Assembly: GCA_964016885.1 (NCBI GenBank)
Contig: OZ024740.1
Location: 272,366,001 to 272,430,000, forward strand
Source: Eledone cirrhosa
Taxonomy: Eukaryota
Direction of reading: 5' to 3'
DNA: 64,000 nt
Position 1 is the stretch's first letter. Every line of letters begins with the position of its first letter. This document shows positions 43,413 through 57,649 of this stretch, in pieces. The notes under the pieces were generated by a model. That model did not search any database, had not been told where the DNA came from, and saw nothing but the letters and a program-made list of their open reading frames with translations. Both the position numbers and the translations under genes were made by a program.

Positions 43413-45417
43413 GGAAGGATAGAGAATGAGAGAGAGAGAGGAAATAAGAAAGAGATATAGAGCCGTAACAAACACCACAAATCATTCCATCTGACGTTTC
43501 AACGACTCTGCCAATTTACCGCCTTAAACATGACAATCCTGTCTATAATTTTAAAACACTGTGATTTTAACTGGCAATATGTTTTCTTCTTGCATGACAG
43601 AAGAATAAGATCTATGGAAGATTTAAGTGCTATTTCAATGGGTGAAAGCATAGCTGTGTGGTTAAAACGTTTACTTCCCAGATATGTGGTTTCAAGTTCG
43701 ATCCTAAAGAGCAGTTACTGTGTTCGAGTACTTTGTATTATAGAATCTGGTTGGCCACTACACTGTGATTTTAATAGTGGATAGGTTTACTTAGTTTTAT
43801 TATTTTGAAGAAGAGAGAAAACAAAATACAGGTAAACGGTAGGAAAAAAACATTATCTTGGTAATTGAAAGGTTCAATGCCTTGAAGTTCCTAGTGGCGT
43901 CACTCCAATAAAGAGCATCTCCGGACTGACGTAGCATTTAGAAAATAGAGATAATATATAGTATTTATGACAGTGGGGGTGAGTTGTATCAGTGTATGTT
44001 TTTTTTATTTGTGTTTTTTGGTAGTTTATTGAGAATATAATCACACACTCTGACATAATTCTTTTACATACACAGTCACATATACAAATCTCACTCATCA
44101 TTACTTCAGTGCAAATCGTAAAAAAAAACTGCTTTCTAAAAAAACAACAACAAAAACAAACAAATAAATAAAAAATAAAAGACCAATATCTCCCCTATAA
44201 ATTAGCACACACTCACACAATCCGGCTGCATTATTCTAAAATACTGGGTATTATCTCCATTGTCATAATGCTATGTTAGCTGGAAAATCTCTCTTCGTAG
44301 TATAAAACAACTCGTCGGTACGAGATATTGGTCTTCCAATTGCCATATGTGCGCACACATCCGTATTCACACAAACACAAGCGCTCTCATACATACATTT
44401 ATTTATATGTATATGTACGTAAGTGCTTGCATATATCGTAACTGGATACACATGAACATCTCAAAGTTTGTAATAATTCGTCTGATCGAGACATTTATCC
44501 GCTACCAGTGTTCTACAATTAATTAAGAAGTAGTCGGGGTTATGATCAATGTCTGTGAAATCAGTAAACGGAAAGAATTAATCTGCAATATACCCGTATG
44601 AAGAAAATAATGTATATTTACCTGGATATATATATATCTTAAGCCGATGAATATCGCCAAAAAGCCAGTGCTTTTCAGATGAAATCCTTTCCGAGAATTG
44701 CACCAAGTAACAGATACTCCTTTCTTACACTCATCTTCAGAAATGTTTATTGTTTACCAAGTTATTATTTATAACAGATAAAACAGAATAGCTCGAGCGA
44801 CCTCACACAGCCTCCTTCATATACACGAGTAGTTAATAGAAGTTACAGAAAGTAATAAGCTAATGGGTAAACATTATATATTATATGTACAGAATCAATG
44901 CGTCTTGAAAGAACCAGTAAGCTGCCAGTCGTTAATCGATTACAATTGTCACTATGAATTAGTTGTTAATAACACAGCATTAGAATCCTGTTTGTGAATA
45001 GACGTCATTCAATCTTGGTGTTCATATTCTTCCTTCCTTGATCACGTTTCACTTTATTCTGTCCTTAGAACATCTCAAGGTCTTTCTCGGCGTGGTTTTA
45101 CCATCTGAGAATTTTGAGAAGAATATCAATTGGCGAGGGAGGTCATGCGACTATCATGTAAGCATATGACTACTGTGTGTGATTTGGCTGGGATTAGCGG
45201 AGAATAGACTTGATGGAAATCTAGCTTTTTCCAGGACAATAGTAATTTTTCTTTTTACTTTATCACATCACACCGGGATATCTTCCTGTCTGCGAAAATC
45301 ATTTAATTATTGTTGCTAAACTCACGCCAGCTCCTTCTAAAGATGTATGTATGTATGTATGTATGTATGTATGTATGTATGTATGTATGTATGTATGTAT
45401 GTATGTATGTATGTATG

Positions 45418-45619
45418 AAGATCTCTCTTCACGTTTCGTCACATGGTACCATGGGCCCAGCACTATGTGTCAATAATTGTCACAGGTGTAGTGTTTGTAC
45501 CAGAGTTTTCAAGTCGCTGGTTGGACTAAAAAGCCACACTCGTTCAGCGTATCGGTAGGAGTTCTCCTACATGGATATAAAGTAGTGGCCGTACTCGAAA
45601 ACGAGTTGGCAGCCACCAT
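45418..45619 (+). mobile_element. 3' end of the RTE-like derivative inserted in (TATG)n
   Basis: Matches 13090-13289; CHRCSVCTRVFKSLVGLKSHTRSAYR*. Confidence 0.75.
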
Positions 45620-46587
45620 GTATGTATGTATGTATGTATGTATGTATGTATGTATGTATGTATGTATGTATGTATGTATGTATGTATGTATGTATGTATG
45701 TATAGTAACAGCAATTTAAAAGCATATAAAAACAAAGTTTTCTTGGTCTGTTCTGATGATTGACCTCTTTTCCTTCCCATTTCAGACTATATTACTCATT
45801 AAATCTTTTTCTAGAGACAATAGAATGTAACTGGATAGAAATTTGGCTACCATTTCTAGCAGGCTGAACGTTTACGTAGAAGAGCTCCCGTCGGCGTCGG
45901 CCATCAATACGATTGGATAACATCGCTGTTTACTATAGGCTATCATCATCAAGTATCGCAAGTATATAAATCATAAATTTAACTAATGCCATACTGATAT
46001 GTCATTCCTCATGTATGTCAAGGTTTCTTACATTGAGATGAAGCCATTAGGAGATCAAAGTAGGAAAGAAATAGGAAATTGCGGTGCCCAAACCTTTCCT
46101 GAGGATGCATGGGACGAGATGAATGACATTTTCAGATGTAAAATCAGTTTATGAGTTAGTTTCCACCGTAGCTTATCTGCACTTCAAGACAGTGAGTTGG
46201 CAAGTCGATAGAACACCGAATAGAGTGCTTTGCAGCATCCTGAGTTCAAATCTCACCGAGGTCAATTTTGCTTTTCATGCATTCGAGAGCGATACTGAAG
46301 GCTTGTTCCTTTGATACCTCTATCTCTGGAAGAAATCGACAGCCTTTAAAACCCGAAACATGCTGGGCTCCGCCATATTTAAATACCCAAGACACTACAT
46401 ATATCACGACGGTTCCGCCAATACAGCATCAAGAATTATGGGTCCATGCATACCATGGATTATCTGCATTTTATTGAGATAGCTTCAATTTTTGTTTTGT
46501 GTCAGAAATATTTATAAATATAGTTTAGTGATTTGTACCAGATAAGCTTCATAACATTCATGTCCAATGTCTCACGTGTTGTAAGTA

Positions 46588-46640
<53 letters not shown>

Positions 46641-46675
46641 AATATATAATATATATATACGCGTAATATACATAC

Positions 46676-46727
<52 letters not shown>

Positions 46728-46771
46728 TATGTAATATATAATATATATATACGCGTAATATACATACATAC

Positions 46772-46832
<61 letters not shown>

Positions 46833-47175
46833 TATATATATCGGTGTATTTATGTTGTTTGAATATCTGAAGGGGAAACACAATCAAAGCCATGAATCTA
46901 TTTCATAAATGGATAAAGGCAGACGACAGATAAAGAAAGAAAGTAAGAAAGAAAGAGAGAGAGAAAGAGAAAAAGAAAGCAAACGTAAGGTAGAGAAGGG
47001 TGGGGAGGAGGTGCAGTTACATGAAGAGAACAGTCTATTGAATGTAATAAATTTCAAATATATTGGAATATTCTGCAGAAATTGTAAGAAATGTAATAAA
47101 GTTTCTTCTGATAAAAATTGCTTTCCTTTGAATTTCATGGAAAAGCTTGAATATGTGAGCATGTGTGTGTGTATA

Positions 47176-47555
47176 TGAGAGTGTTAGTGTGTTGTGTGTG
47201 TGTTTGCATGTGTATGTATAAATGAGTGTTAGTGTGTTGTGTGTGTGTTTGTATGTGTATGTATAAATGAGTGTTAGTGTGTTGTGTGTGTGTTTGCATG
47301 TGCATGTATAAATGAGTGTTAGTGTGTTGTGTGTGTGTTTGCATGTGTATGTATAAATGAGTGTTAGTGTGTTGTGTGTGTGTTTGCATGTGTATGTATA
47401 AATGAGTGTTAGTGTGTTGTGTGTGTGTTTGCATGTGTATGTATAAATGAGTGTTAGTGTGTTGTGTGTGTGTTTGTATGTGTATGTATAAATGAGTGTT
47501 AGTGTGTTGTGTGTGTGTTTGTATGTGTATGTATAAATGAGTGTTAGTGTGTTGT
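47176..47555. repeat. 45-bp minisatellite, about 8 copies
   Basis: Unit tgagtgttagtgtgttgtgtgtgtgtttgcatgtgtatgtataaa. Confidence 0.92.
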
Positions 47556-47689
47556 ATATGTGTTTGTATGTGTTAAATCTGTGTTTATGTGTGTATGAGT
47601 GTTTATGAGTGAACGTATATATGTATTTGTGCGTGTATATATATGGATATACATATGTATGTATATACGTGATGTGTACATGTATGTAT

Positions 47690-48048
47690 GTAAGTATGTA
47701 TGTATGTCAAACTCAGTGCCTATGTATGTACATATGTATGTATGCATGCATGCATGAATGTATGTATGTGTGTATGTATGTATGTATGAATGTATGTATA
47801 TGTGTGTATGTATGCATGAATGTATATATGTGTGTATGTATGTATGTATGTATGTATGTATATATATGTATGTAAGTATGTATGTGTGTATGTATGTATG
47901 AATGTATGTATATGTGTGTATGTATGCATGAATGTATGTATGTGTGTATGTATGTATGTATGAATGTATGTATATGTGTGTATGTATGCATGAATGTATA
48001 TATGTGTGTATGTATGCATGAATGTATATATGTGTGTATGTATGTATG

Positions 48049-48080
<32 letters not shown>

Positions 48081-48186
48081 TGTATGTATGTATGTATGTA
48101 TGTATGTATGTATGTGTGTGTATGTATGCATGAATGTATATATGTGTGTATGTATGTATGTATGTATATATATGTATGTAAGTATG

Positions 48187-48217
<31 letters not shown>

Positions 48218-48335
48218 GTATGTATGTATGTATGTATATATATGTATGTATGCATGAATGTATGTATGTATGTATGTATGTATGTATGTATGTATGTATG
48301 TATGTATGTATGTATGTATGTATGTATGTATATGT
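47690..48335. repeat. Degenerate (TATG)n array
   Basis: Direct reading. Confidence 0.92.
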
Positions 48336-49080
48336 GTTTGTGTATTAGTGTATGTATATGAGGACGGCTTTTACACAGAAATTAATCATGCATCAATAGG
48401 GCCAGAAAAATGAAACAAGACGGAAAACCATTCGTCACTTCGTTGGAAAAAAAATAATTACTTTCTTACAAAATAACAACGACGTCAATAAAGACATGTT
48501 GCATTCTGTTTTCTAGCAGAGAGAGAGAAAAAGCAAGCGTAGGAGAGAGAGAGAGAGAGACAGAGAGAAAGAGAGAAAGAGAGATAGATAGAGAGAGATA
48601 TGGAGATGGTGTGACTTTCATACCTTTTCCAACCGAAGTGAGAATGAATATTAACGCTGTAGAGTTCTCAAGAAATTTACTGATGTTTTTGCTCAGACAC
48701 AACTCCTGTCGACTTAATCTTTGTTGTTCAACTCCAATTCATTTCTGATTGATCAAAGGCGTTTGAGCCATGGCTATAACATATTTAAGTATACATATGT
48801 CTACTTTCTGAAATTCATCCTTTCCTCCACTTATTATTGTTATTGTAATGAGCAAAGATGTTTTAGTCGTAAATTTTTCGTCTTTTTGTAAATGGATTCT
48901 TCCTATGTTGTTGTTTATTCCAAGCTCATTTGTGTTTGAGCAAAGCCGTAATTAAAGAGATTTTAGTCATCTCTACACCGTCTTTCTCAATATCTTGAAC
49001 GAAATTGTGAATCCGCATTTCTCTTGTCTATTTTTTTTACACGTAAGGTCAAATTTAAATGAGCAGAGCTAAGTCTAAGG

Positions 49081-49398
49081 CAGCGTTTCTCAATCTTTTT
49101 ACTCTCGTGGAACTCTTGAAATAGTTTTCATAGCTCAGGGAATCCCTGTATAAAAATTATTATATACCATTATTATTTTATTTTTTATCGTAATTCACAT
49201 GGTAAACAATATATATTTTTCGTATAACTGGTTTAGGCAACCACCTTTTTTGTCAAATTTGTTGGCAAGGAATATATATATATATGCTGCTCCTTTATGA
49301 AATCAAAGTTTAGCTTATTTATCACTGTTTCTTGCGGAAACCCTAGCGACCTCTTGCCGAACCCTAGGGTTTCGGAGTACACCGGTTGAGAAACGCTG
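49081..49398. mobile_element. hAT-type non-autonomous DNA transposon (MITE)
   Basis: TIRs cagcgtttctcaa / ttgagaaacgctg with a perfect 8-bp TSD gtctaagg (49073-49080, 49399-49406). Confidence 0.9.
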
Positions 49399-49818
49399 GT
49401 CTAAGGTGTCCAAAATCTGACCATCACATCCATTTAGTGATATCTAGAATCACTCGCTTGTTTTATGTTGTTAGTCATATTGTGTCGTCGTCTCTGTTCT
49501 TTAGTTAGCCGTTGATCGTTCTCGATCAAAAGTGTTCCTGTAATGACTCTATATATATAAGAGATTTGGATGTGTCTAGCGGAAGGGGTTGTTAATCTCT
49601 TATATATAGAGTCGCACATCACAACACAACCTGAGATTAGTTTGACAATCACCACCGACGAATGCAAGAAAGTTCTCCGGGAAAGTTAACTAGGTATCTT
49701 TAAAAAATCTCCCCACTGAAGTTAACAAAGAACTCACTAGATCTACAAAACCAAATTGTAAAATTATAATATTATAAAATTAAATAGAACTACAAGTGAA
49801 GTTTTCCTTTTCCTTTTT

Positions 49819-49899
<81 letters not shown>

Positions 49900-49955
49900 C
49901 ACATATATATGTGTCTCTAGCTCTCTAGACATACATACATACATACATACATACA

Positions 49956-49986
<31 letters not shown>

Positions 49987-50161
49987 GTACTTATGCGAAA
50001 ATAAAGCGCATATTTAAATATTTTATGTAAATTTAATGTAGACATAATTACCGCTTTTGAATTAGAAACATTCGAAGTGTGAAGTTCAAATACATTTAAA
50101 CATTTTCCCGTACACATAAATCTTCAAGTATACAGGGTACAAACACATACAATCGTACATA

Positions 50162-50466
50162 TAAGGGTGGGCTGAAACGTTCGTAGGCTGATTATGAAGG
50201 AGTGATGAATCTTGCATGCATTAATTTCAACTTTTCTTATTAATAACTGCATTGTTTCTTTCCAGGGACTATGTTGAAAAATAAACTTCATTTTGTCATT
50301 CTGTGTTAGTATCTTGGTCAGCCTATGAAGGAGTGAAATCTTGCATGCATTAATTTCAACTCTTCTTAATAATAACTGCAGTGTTTCTTCTTTCCTATGT
50401 TGAAAAATAAGCTTCATTTGGTCATTCCATGAGAATATCTTGGTCAATTTATGAACCTTTCAGCCT
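50162..50466. mobile_element. Mariner-type MITE with internal duplication
   Basis: agggtgggctgaaa start; block of about 130 bp duplicated; related to 40624-40818. Confidence 0.6.
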
Positions 50467-50685
50467 CTGAACATCTCAGTCGACACTCTTATATTTTTAG
50501 TCGTATATTAGTAAAAATATACAATAAACGTATGTTCACACACGACTCATAATCCTACACATTGATACATTCATGCACGTGACTACTGAAGATTAATATG
50601 CTAATATATAGGCAGTAGGACTACATAAATATACACACATACACACATAGGTATGCATTCACGCACGCGTAATCAATTCATCCCA

Positions 50686-50716
<31 letters not shown>

Positions 50717-51220
50717 GGCGGTGTTTCTGTGCGTAATAGCCATGGCGAAAGAGGTTGTATGGTGGACGCGTCTGAAAGGACTGAGGTCAGACACCTTTCT
50801 CTCTGGCCAACAACTGGTCCGTTTCTTCCGATATCATTTCGGAAGAAGGATCAGGATGGAGAGAGAGGTGCTGCACCCCAGCCGTTTCTATGAAAGATGG
50901 GTGAAAGTGGCGAGAATGGCCCGTGTGAATGGGCCTTCACTCTACATCAGACTATAGGTGAAGAAGATGAAAGACCAAGGGAGCACCCCTTCTCTGTGCT
51001 CCTGAGGAGAAGGGTTGCACACTTTTTTCGGGGGTGTGTGCGACCCCCCAAGGCGCCTCCTCTCTATTGAGGATTTTGTTAAAAATTTTATTTTTTGTTA
51101 TATCTTATTTTATTTTTATATTTTGTTATTGCCTCCTCCTTATTGAGGACGCCTTTTTGTGTAAACTCCCCCCATTGTACTTGTCCCACTTTTGATGCCC
51201 TAGTGGCAAATAAAAGAAAC
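50717..51220 (+). mobile_element. 5'-truncated Tx1/L1-like LINE 3' end in (CTAT)n
   Basis: ORF C-terminus ...FFRYHFGRRIRMEREVLHPSRFYERWVKVARMARVNGPSLYIRL*, 3' UTR with AATAAA, (CTAT)n on both sides. Confidence 0.75.
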
Positions 51221-51221
51221 A

Positions 51222-51304
<83 letters not shown>

Positions 51305-51361
51305 GTATCAATCTATCTATATACTTACCTACCTACCTACCTATCTATCTACTTACCTACC

Positions 51362-52335
51362 TGACCAGTCTAAGGCGTTTGATAGGGTCGAGCATCGATA
51401 CTTGGAAGCCGTTCTCAAGGCGGCCGGTTTCGGAGCCGTCTTCAGAGGCTGGATCACAGCCATGCATACCAACATCTGCTCGACAGTCAAGGTGAACGGC
51501 TACCTATCGGAGCCGTTCCGAATCACGCGTTCCATCCGACAGGGATGCCCTCTCTCCTCCATTTTATACATGTTGACTCTTGAGCCACTACTGCGGAAGT
51601 TGGAGCTTTTGCAGGGCATCCCGTTGGAACCGGGACTGCGATAAGCGGCGTCGGTTTATGCCGACGACATGACAGTAATGGTGTCGAAAATCTCGGAAAT
51701 CGGGACGATCGGCAACTTACTGCAGGAATACGAAAGGCTTACAGGAACAAACTCAACCCGGACAAATCTGTCGGTTTGCAACTCGCAACGTGGAGAGAGG
51801 CAAACCGATGCCGCCCGACAACAACTCCTTCCCTTCTTTAGGTACCACTTTAGAAGGAGAATCAGAGTGGCGAGAGAGGTACTGCACCCCAATAAATTTA
51901 CTGAAAGGTGGGTGAATGTGGCAAAAATGGCCCGAGTGATTGGACCTTCTTTGTATATAAACTTGTCTGTTGAAGAAGAGAGCAAAAGGAAGAAAGGCGC
52001 ACTTGCACAACATGCTGCTGGAGTTGAGGGTTGTTCTATCTACGGGGTATAAAGCAACCCATTTGTAACGCCTCCCCACTATTGGGGATTTCGATTGTTA
52101 TATTTTCATGTTAAAACTCCTTTACACGACTGTATGTAAAATCCCTGCTATATGTCTTTGTATTGTCCCCTTTTCTTGTGCGCTCTTGTGGCAAATAAAG
52201 AAATCTATCTATTGGGGATTTCGATTGTTGAATTTGTTTGTTTCAATATTTTTACACGACTGTATGTAAAATTCCCGGCATATGTTCTTGTATTGTCCCC
52301 TTTTCTTGTGCGCCCTTGTGGCAAATAAAGAAATA
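51362..52335 (+). mobile_element. Tx1/L1-like LINE fragment (RT core, internal deletion, C-terminus, duplicated 3' UTR)
   Basis: DQSKAFDRVEH, SIRQGCPLS, stop at 51642, in-frame YADD; jumps near 51805 to a C-terminus homologous to 50800-50957; UTR repeated at about 52079 and 52209. Confidence 0.85.
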
Positions 52336-52441
52336 TATCTATCTATCTACCTATCTGTTAGTATGTCTGCCTACCTACTTGTCTACCTGTCAAACTGTCT
52401 ATCCATATAATGATATGCATGGGTGCCTGAATATATATATA

Positions 52442-52521
<80 letters not shown>

Positions 52522-54069
52522 CACATGTGTAGCGTATTTACCCATGTATCCATACACAAAAAGTTACACATGCATTCGCATATGTATATGTATGCATATA
52601 TGTATATATTTATGTGTGCGTATATGTGCTCTGCATGTATGCATGCATGCATGCATGTATGTATGTATGTATGTATATATGTATATATGTATGTATGTAT
52701 GTTTATGTTTGTATGTATGTATATGTGTGTATGTACGTATCTGTAAGTATGAGTACATACTGCTACACACACACACACACACACACATACATACACACAC
52801 ACATACACACACCACACACACCACACACACAAACACACACGCAGTGTTAGTCGCTACTAGCAGCCGCTAGTGTACATGATGTTGTGACTGATTAACTTAC
52901 GCGTTGTTAAATTTCTGAAAAGTCACTGAATATTCGAGATATGCTGTGAATTGGTTGTAGAAGCCGCAAGGTGGGTCTGGCTTCTTCTCCTTTACACATC
53001 ATTCAAAAACTTGCAACACCAACCTGATACCTGATACCCTCTGTAATTGGCAGGAGATATCCCATGAGACTTATTAGAAAATATACATCTATGTAGATCT
53101 ATGTACTTTTATGTAGATTTATGTAGGTCTATATAGACTAGCTATGAGTTTAGTACAATACAATTTCTTTCATGGCGACTGTTAATAATGATATAAAATA
53201 AAATAAAATAAAATAAAATAAAATAAAATAAAATAAAATAAAATAAAATAAAATAAAATAAAATAAAATAGTATAGAATAAAATGAAATGTGTGAGAAAA
53301 TTCCAGTTTTCGAAAACTTTACATTCCCTCCTCCTGGAGACATACATGGTATGTGAAAAACTTATAGAAAAATAGGAGAAGACAACGAAGTTCGCCGAAA
53401 TATTTTGTGGACATGTGTATTTTTTGCGTATGTGATTGTATGTGTCTGTGCATGTGTGTGTGTGATTGTGTGTGTGAATGTTTGTGGTGGTGGATTGAGG
53501 TAGTGATTTTAACGTCGTAAATCACATCTGAACTTTTAGAACCTCACAGTTCCTTAATAACCACATTACCTCGGTGCAGTTGTCATGTAATACTGGACGA
53601 TCAAATCACTGCAGATTTTACGAGTCTATCCCACTTAGTGAGTAAGACGTTACTGGTATTATTTAGCTAATGATAAGGTGGTGAATTAACAGAGTCATAA
53701 GAACATTAATATGCATGTCTCGGCATTTGTTCAAATCTCTTTGAGATCAACTTTGTCTTCCATTTTTCAGGATCGATAAATACAGTCCCAATTCAAGGAC
53801 GATAGATCGATGGAATCATTAACATGTCGGAAGGGAAGCTTTGCAGTATTGGTTCCGTCTCGGTGCGTTCTATATTGAAATCCCACCTCCTGGTACCGGA
53901 AAAGAGGTGACATTTCCACCAGGAGATACCATCGCTGGATAATGTGCGTATTCCATGGCAGGATGGCCTCTCGTGGGAAGTAATTGGCTTATAAAAGCGA
54001 TCAGGAACATTCACAAATACTAACTGAAATATGTTATGATTTATCACACATTGCTGTAAGAAGAAAGAA

Positions 54070-54275
54070 CGGTTTCTGATATAGGCACAAAGCCTACAAT
54101 TTTAGGGGAGGGGAAAGTCGATTGAAGCGATCCCAGTGTATTACTGGTACTTAATTTTATCGACCCCGCAAGGATGAAAAGCAAAGTTAACCTCGGCGGG
54201 ATTTGAACTCAGAACATAAATGGCCACAACTCTCTGCTGCAAAGAATGGTGTCTGACTCTCTACCGATTCTGCAA
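54070..54275 (-). mobile_element. SINE S1 long-tail subtype
   Basis: Reverse-complement match. Confidence 0.85.
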
Positions 54276-54584
54276 ATAACAATCTAACTGTGTGCAAGAG
54301 AAATGCTTCGTGTGTCTGAATCTAATGCTCCCTCTTTGATTTTTTAAAGACAGTTTGAAAAAGTTTCAGAAAAATGTTATTTAAAAAGACGCTTTTGCTG
54401 TTGTTGTTAGATATTTAGTCTTGTGTAGACTATGGTAGAAAAGATATTGATCAAAGGTATTCCAGCCGTGATCGTCTCGTCTTTTGTATATCAGAGACTA
54501 CATTGTCCAGTAGTCTGTAAGAAGTAATTGGAGGGATATGTGTCTGCTTATTCTAGCTTTGTGAGCGACCTTATAGAGCTTATA

Positions 54585-54693
54585 GGAGGGTCATGTTGCC
54601 AATAAGAAACACACGCACCAGTTGCTTTCTCTCCAATTTATTATAAATTAAATTTATAAATTTAAGAATTTATAAATTTCCGATTGGTTGGTT
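54585..54693. mobile_element. Family G fragment
   Basis: Matches 32371-32463. Confidence 0.75.
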
Positions 54694-54786
54694 ATTAGTA
54701 ATACATACCGTTTTCAAAGACATCCCTGTATAGATAAGAAATGCATAATCTGTAAACTAAGCCCCCATATTATCAGTAAAACTAGA

Positions 54787-54880
<94 letters not shown>

Positions 54881-54896
54881 TATTTTATATATATAT

Positions 54897-54927
<31 letters not shown>

Positions 54928-55170
54928 ATAATAATATATTTAGAAACACACAGATACATGCGGACACACACATATACATGAATGCATCCGCACCCAACCG
55001 TGAGTTAAGGGTGCCAACTTCACCGATGTTGCTCAATGAATGACTGGGACAGACCAATCCGGTTGAACCAGACTAAACCAGTATCAGAGTTAAAAATACA
55101 TTATGAAGAGAGAAGAAACATTTAGATATAATTAGTAATAAAATGTATCATACCTAAATTGCTCCTAGAT

Positions 55171-55260
55171 TCCTCGACTACGTAGTTTCGTGGCATAAAC
55201 AAAAACAATACATCATAAAGATATAGAGTCCTTGCGAGGTCTGCCGACTTATCAAGAGGA
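55171..55260 (-). ncRNA. Type I hammerhead, U3-A8 variant core (family H)
   Basis: Reverse complement of 55702-55791. Confidence 0.8.
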
Positions 55261-55701
55261 TACCTCATTTACTAGTCTCAAGAACGCGTCTACACGACGT
55301 GAGAAAGAATCCCAAAAAGCGGAGGGGGAGATAGTCACGCGATATAACGGTCGAGAAACAGAGCTAAGCCTCTTATAACCCCGAAGAAAATACCACGGAG
55401 GCGGAGGGGGTATTTATATCGAAGCCGTAGAAGAGGTGGTGAAGGGGGCGAGAAGTATGAGTAATGGAAGCTTTCCAGCAGTCCCCACACTTCAAAGATT
55501 GCTCGACCAGAGGGAGTTATTAACAATATATTTAGAAACACACTGATACATGCGGACACACACATATACATGAATGCATCTGCACCCAACCGTGAGTTAA
55601 GGGTGCCAACTTCACCGATGTTGCTCAATGAATGACTGGGACAGACCAATCCGGTGAACCAGACTGAACCAGTATCAGAGTTAAAAATACATTATGAGGT
55701 A

Positions 55702-55791
55702 TCCTCTTGATAAGTCGGCAGACCTCGCAAGGACTCTATATCTTTATGATGTATTGTTTTTGTTTATGCCACGAAACTACGTAGTCGAGGA
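55702..55791 (+). ncRNA. Type I hammerhead, U3-A8 variant core (family H)
   Basis: tcctc TTGATAA gt(c)ggca...tgccac GAAA ctacgtag TC gagga; palindromic stem III; GUC triplet. Confidence 0.8.
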
Positions 55792-55865
55792 ATCTAGGAG
55801 CAGTTTAGGTATGATACATTTTATTACTAATTATATCTAAATGTTTCTTCTCTCTTCATAATATA

Positions 55866-55955
<90 letters not shown>

Positions 55956-56064
55956 TTTATATATATATATATATAAACAAATAGTAATATATATTTATAT
56001 ATATATACATACATATATATACACATATGTATATATGAAAATTTATATATATATATAGTCAGTC

Positions 56065-56279
56065 GATCGACTTTTGTCAAATCAATCGGACCGAGGAAAC
56101 AATGTTTCCGTTGGTCTTTCCAATTGCTAATACTATCTATCGGTCACAACTCCAGGTAGAAGGAGCAACGTGAAATAAAGTGTCTTGCCCAAGGACATAA
56201 CGCATCGTCCGGTCCGGGAATCGAACTCACAACCTCACGATTGCGAATCCAATTCTCTAACCACTCAGCCACGCGCCTT

Positions 56280-56281
<2 letters not shown>
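56065..56281 (-). mobile_element. SINE family S2
   Basis: Minus strand gaaggcgcgtggctgagtggttagag...gagttcgattcccgg; homolog of 24489-24700. Confidence 0.8.
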
Positions 56282-56332
<51 letters not shown>

Positions 56333-56337
56333 GTATC

Positions 56338-56375
<38 letters not shown>

Positions 56376-57161
56376 AGTATATATATATTGATATAAAGTT
56401 AAACCACAAAGTAAGTTGATTATATGAAACTATTATTATTCTCAGATGTCACAAGACGAGATAGATTATATATATTTACTTATTCGTTGGTTTGTTATAT
56501 TTTCTTTACATTATCACTGAAGCTAGTGTCGGAAAAACTAGATTTAGCTGATATTATTACGACTTTAATCCTAACCTTATGTCTTATAGTTGTTTACGTC
56601 AAAAGCAATCCTTGTCCCGTTTTAAATCAGGCGAAATATAGAGTGATGACAAAGATTTTAATGAGACTATAATGGGTGACAGAGAATTTTTTGAAATAAC
56701 AAACAATAAAAAGAACTAATGAACAAATAAACAAGCAAATGAAAGACAAATTAGACTCGAAAGCAAAAATAAAGAAAAAAAAATGTAAAATGAAAAATGG
56801 ATGAGAAATTTATGAGAGTTTCTTGAATAAATTGGTTTTATTTAGAACAATTTATTTATAGGATAATGATACATTAAATATCATTGCAACACAATTGAGT
56901 TTCATTTTCAACATAAACCTTTTTATATAATTTCTTTTTCCTCTTGTCTTCTTTTGCCGCTCTCGTATAAAATCTTCAGTTTCATTTTTTTTTATATATC
57001 TTTCTATTAGTACAGTTAGTGAAAGAAGAAAATTGAGTAAATACACACAATGAAAGAAAACAGAAAAGAAAGTAAACCTAATGAATGCTTAAATGATTAC
57101 AAGTATGAAAGCTTTTACTTTAATGATGGGACAATGAACAAGCACCCACTCCAAACATTTC

Positions 57162-57209
<48 letters not shown>

Positions 57210-57266
57210 CGTGAAACTAATAAGACTTTGATTTTGCGTCTCTGTGTTTGTGTTGTCACTTCTTTA

Positions 57267-57349
<83 letters not shown>

Positions 57350-57505
57350 TGTGTAAAACATATACTGGTATATGACTTATCAGCTGCAAGCCATTATCTT
57401 GTAACAGACCACTATATGTAGAATTAAGTGAGATCATTCATTTTATATCAATAAGTAACGGTTACTTGCAATACAAACACTCACATGCATATATATGTGT
57501 GTATG

Positions 57506-57553
<48 letters not shown>

Positions 57554-57561
57554 AAAGGAAT

Positions 57562-57604
<43 letters not shown>

Positions 57605-57649
57605 TACAAGGAATCTTTATATATATATATATATATATCAAAAGTATAT

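Larger units (their letters stand above)
54939..55859 (-). mobile_element. Family H non-coding HHR unit: about 592-bp monomer, partial repeat and inverted segment
   Basis: tttagaaacacac at 54939 and 55531; 55694-55859 inverts about 55102-55268; (TA)n on both sides. Confidence 0.85.

Noticed and set aside
47176-47555. Regular repeat array considered as CRISPR
   Set aside because: No unique spacers and eukaryotic context; it is a minisatellite
56200-56281. tRNA-like sequence (also the S1 heads)
   Set aside because: A and B boxes continue into SINE bodies and occur in many diverged copies; SINE heads, not tRNA genes
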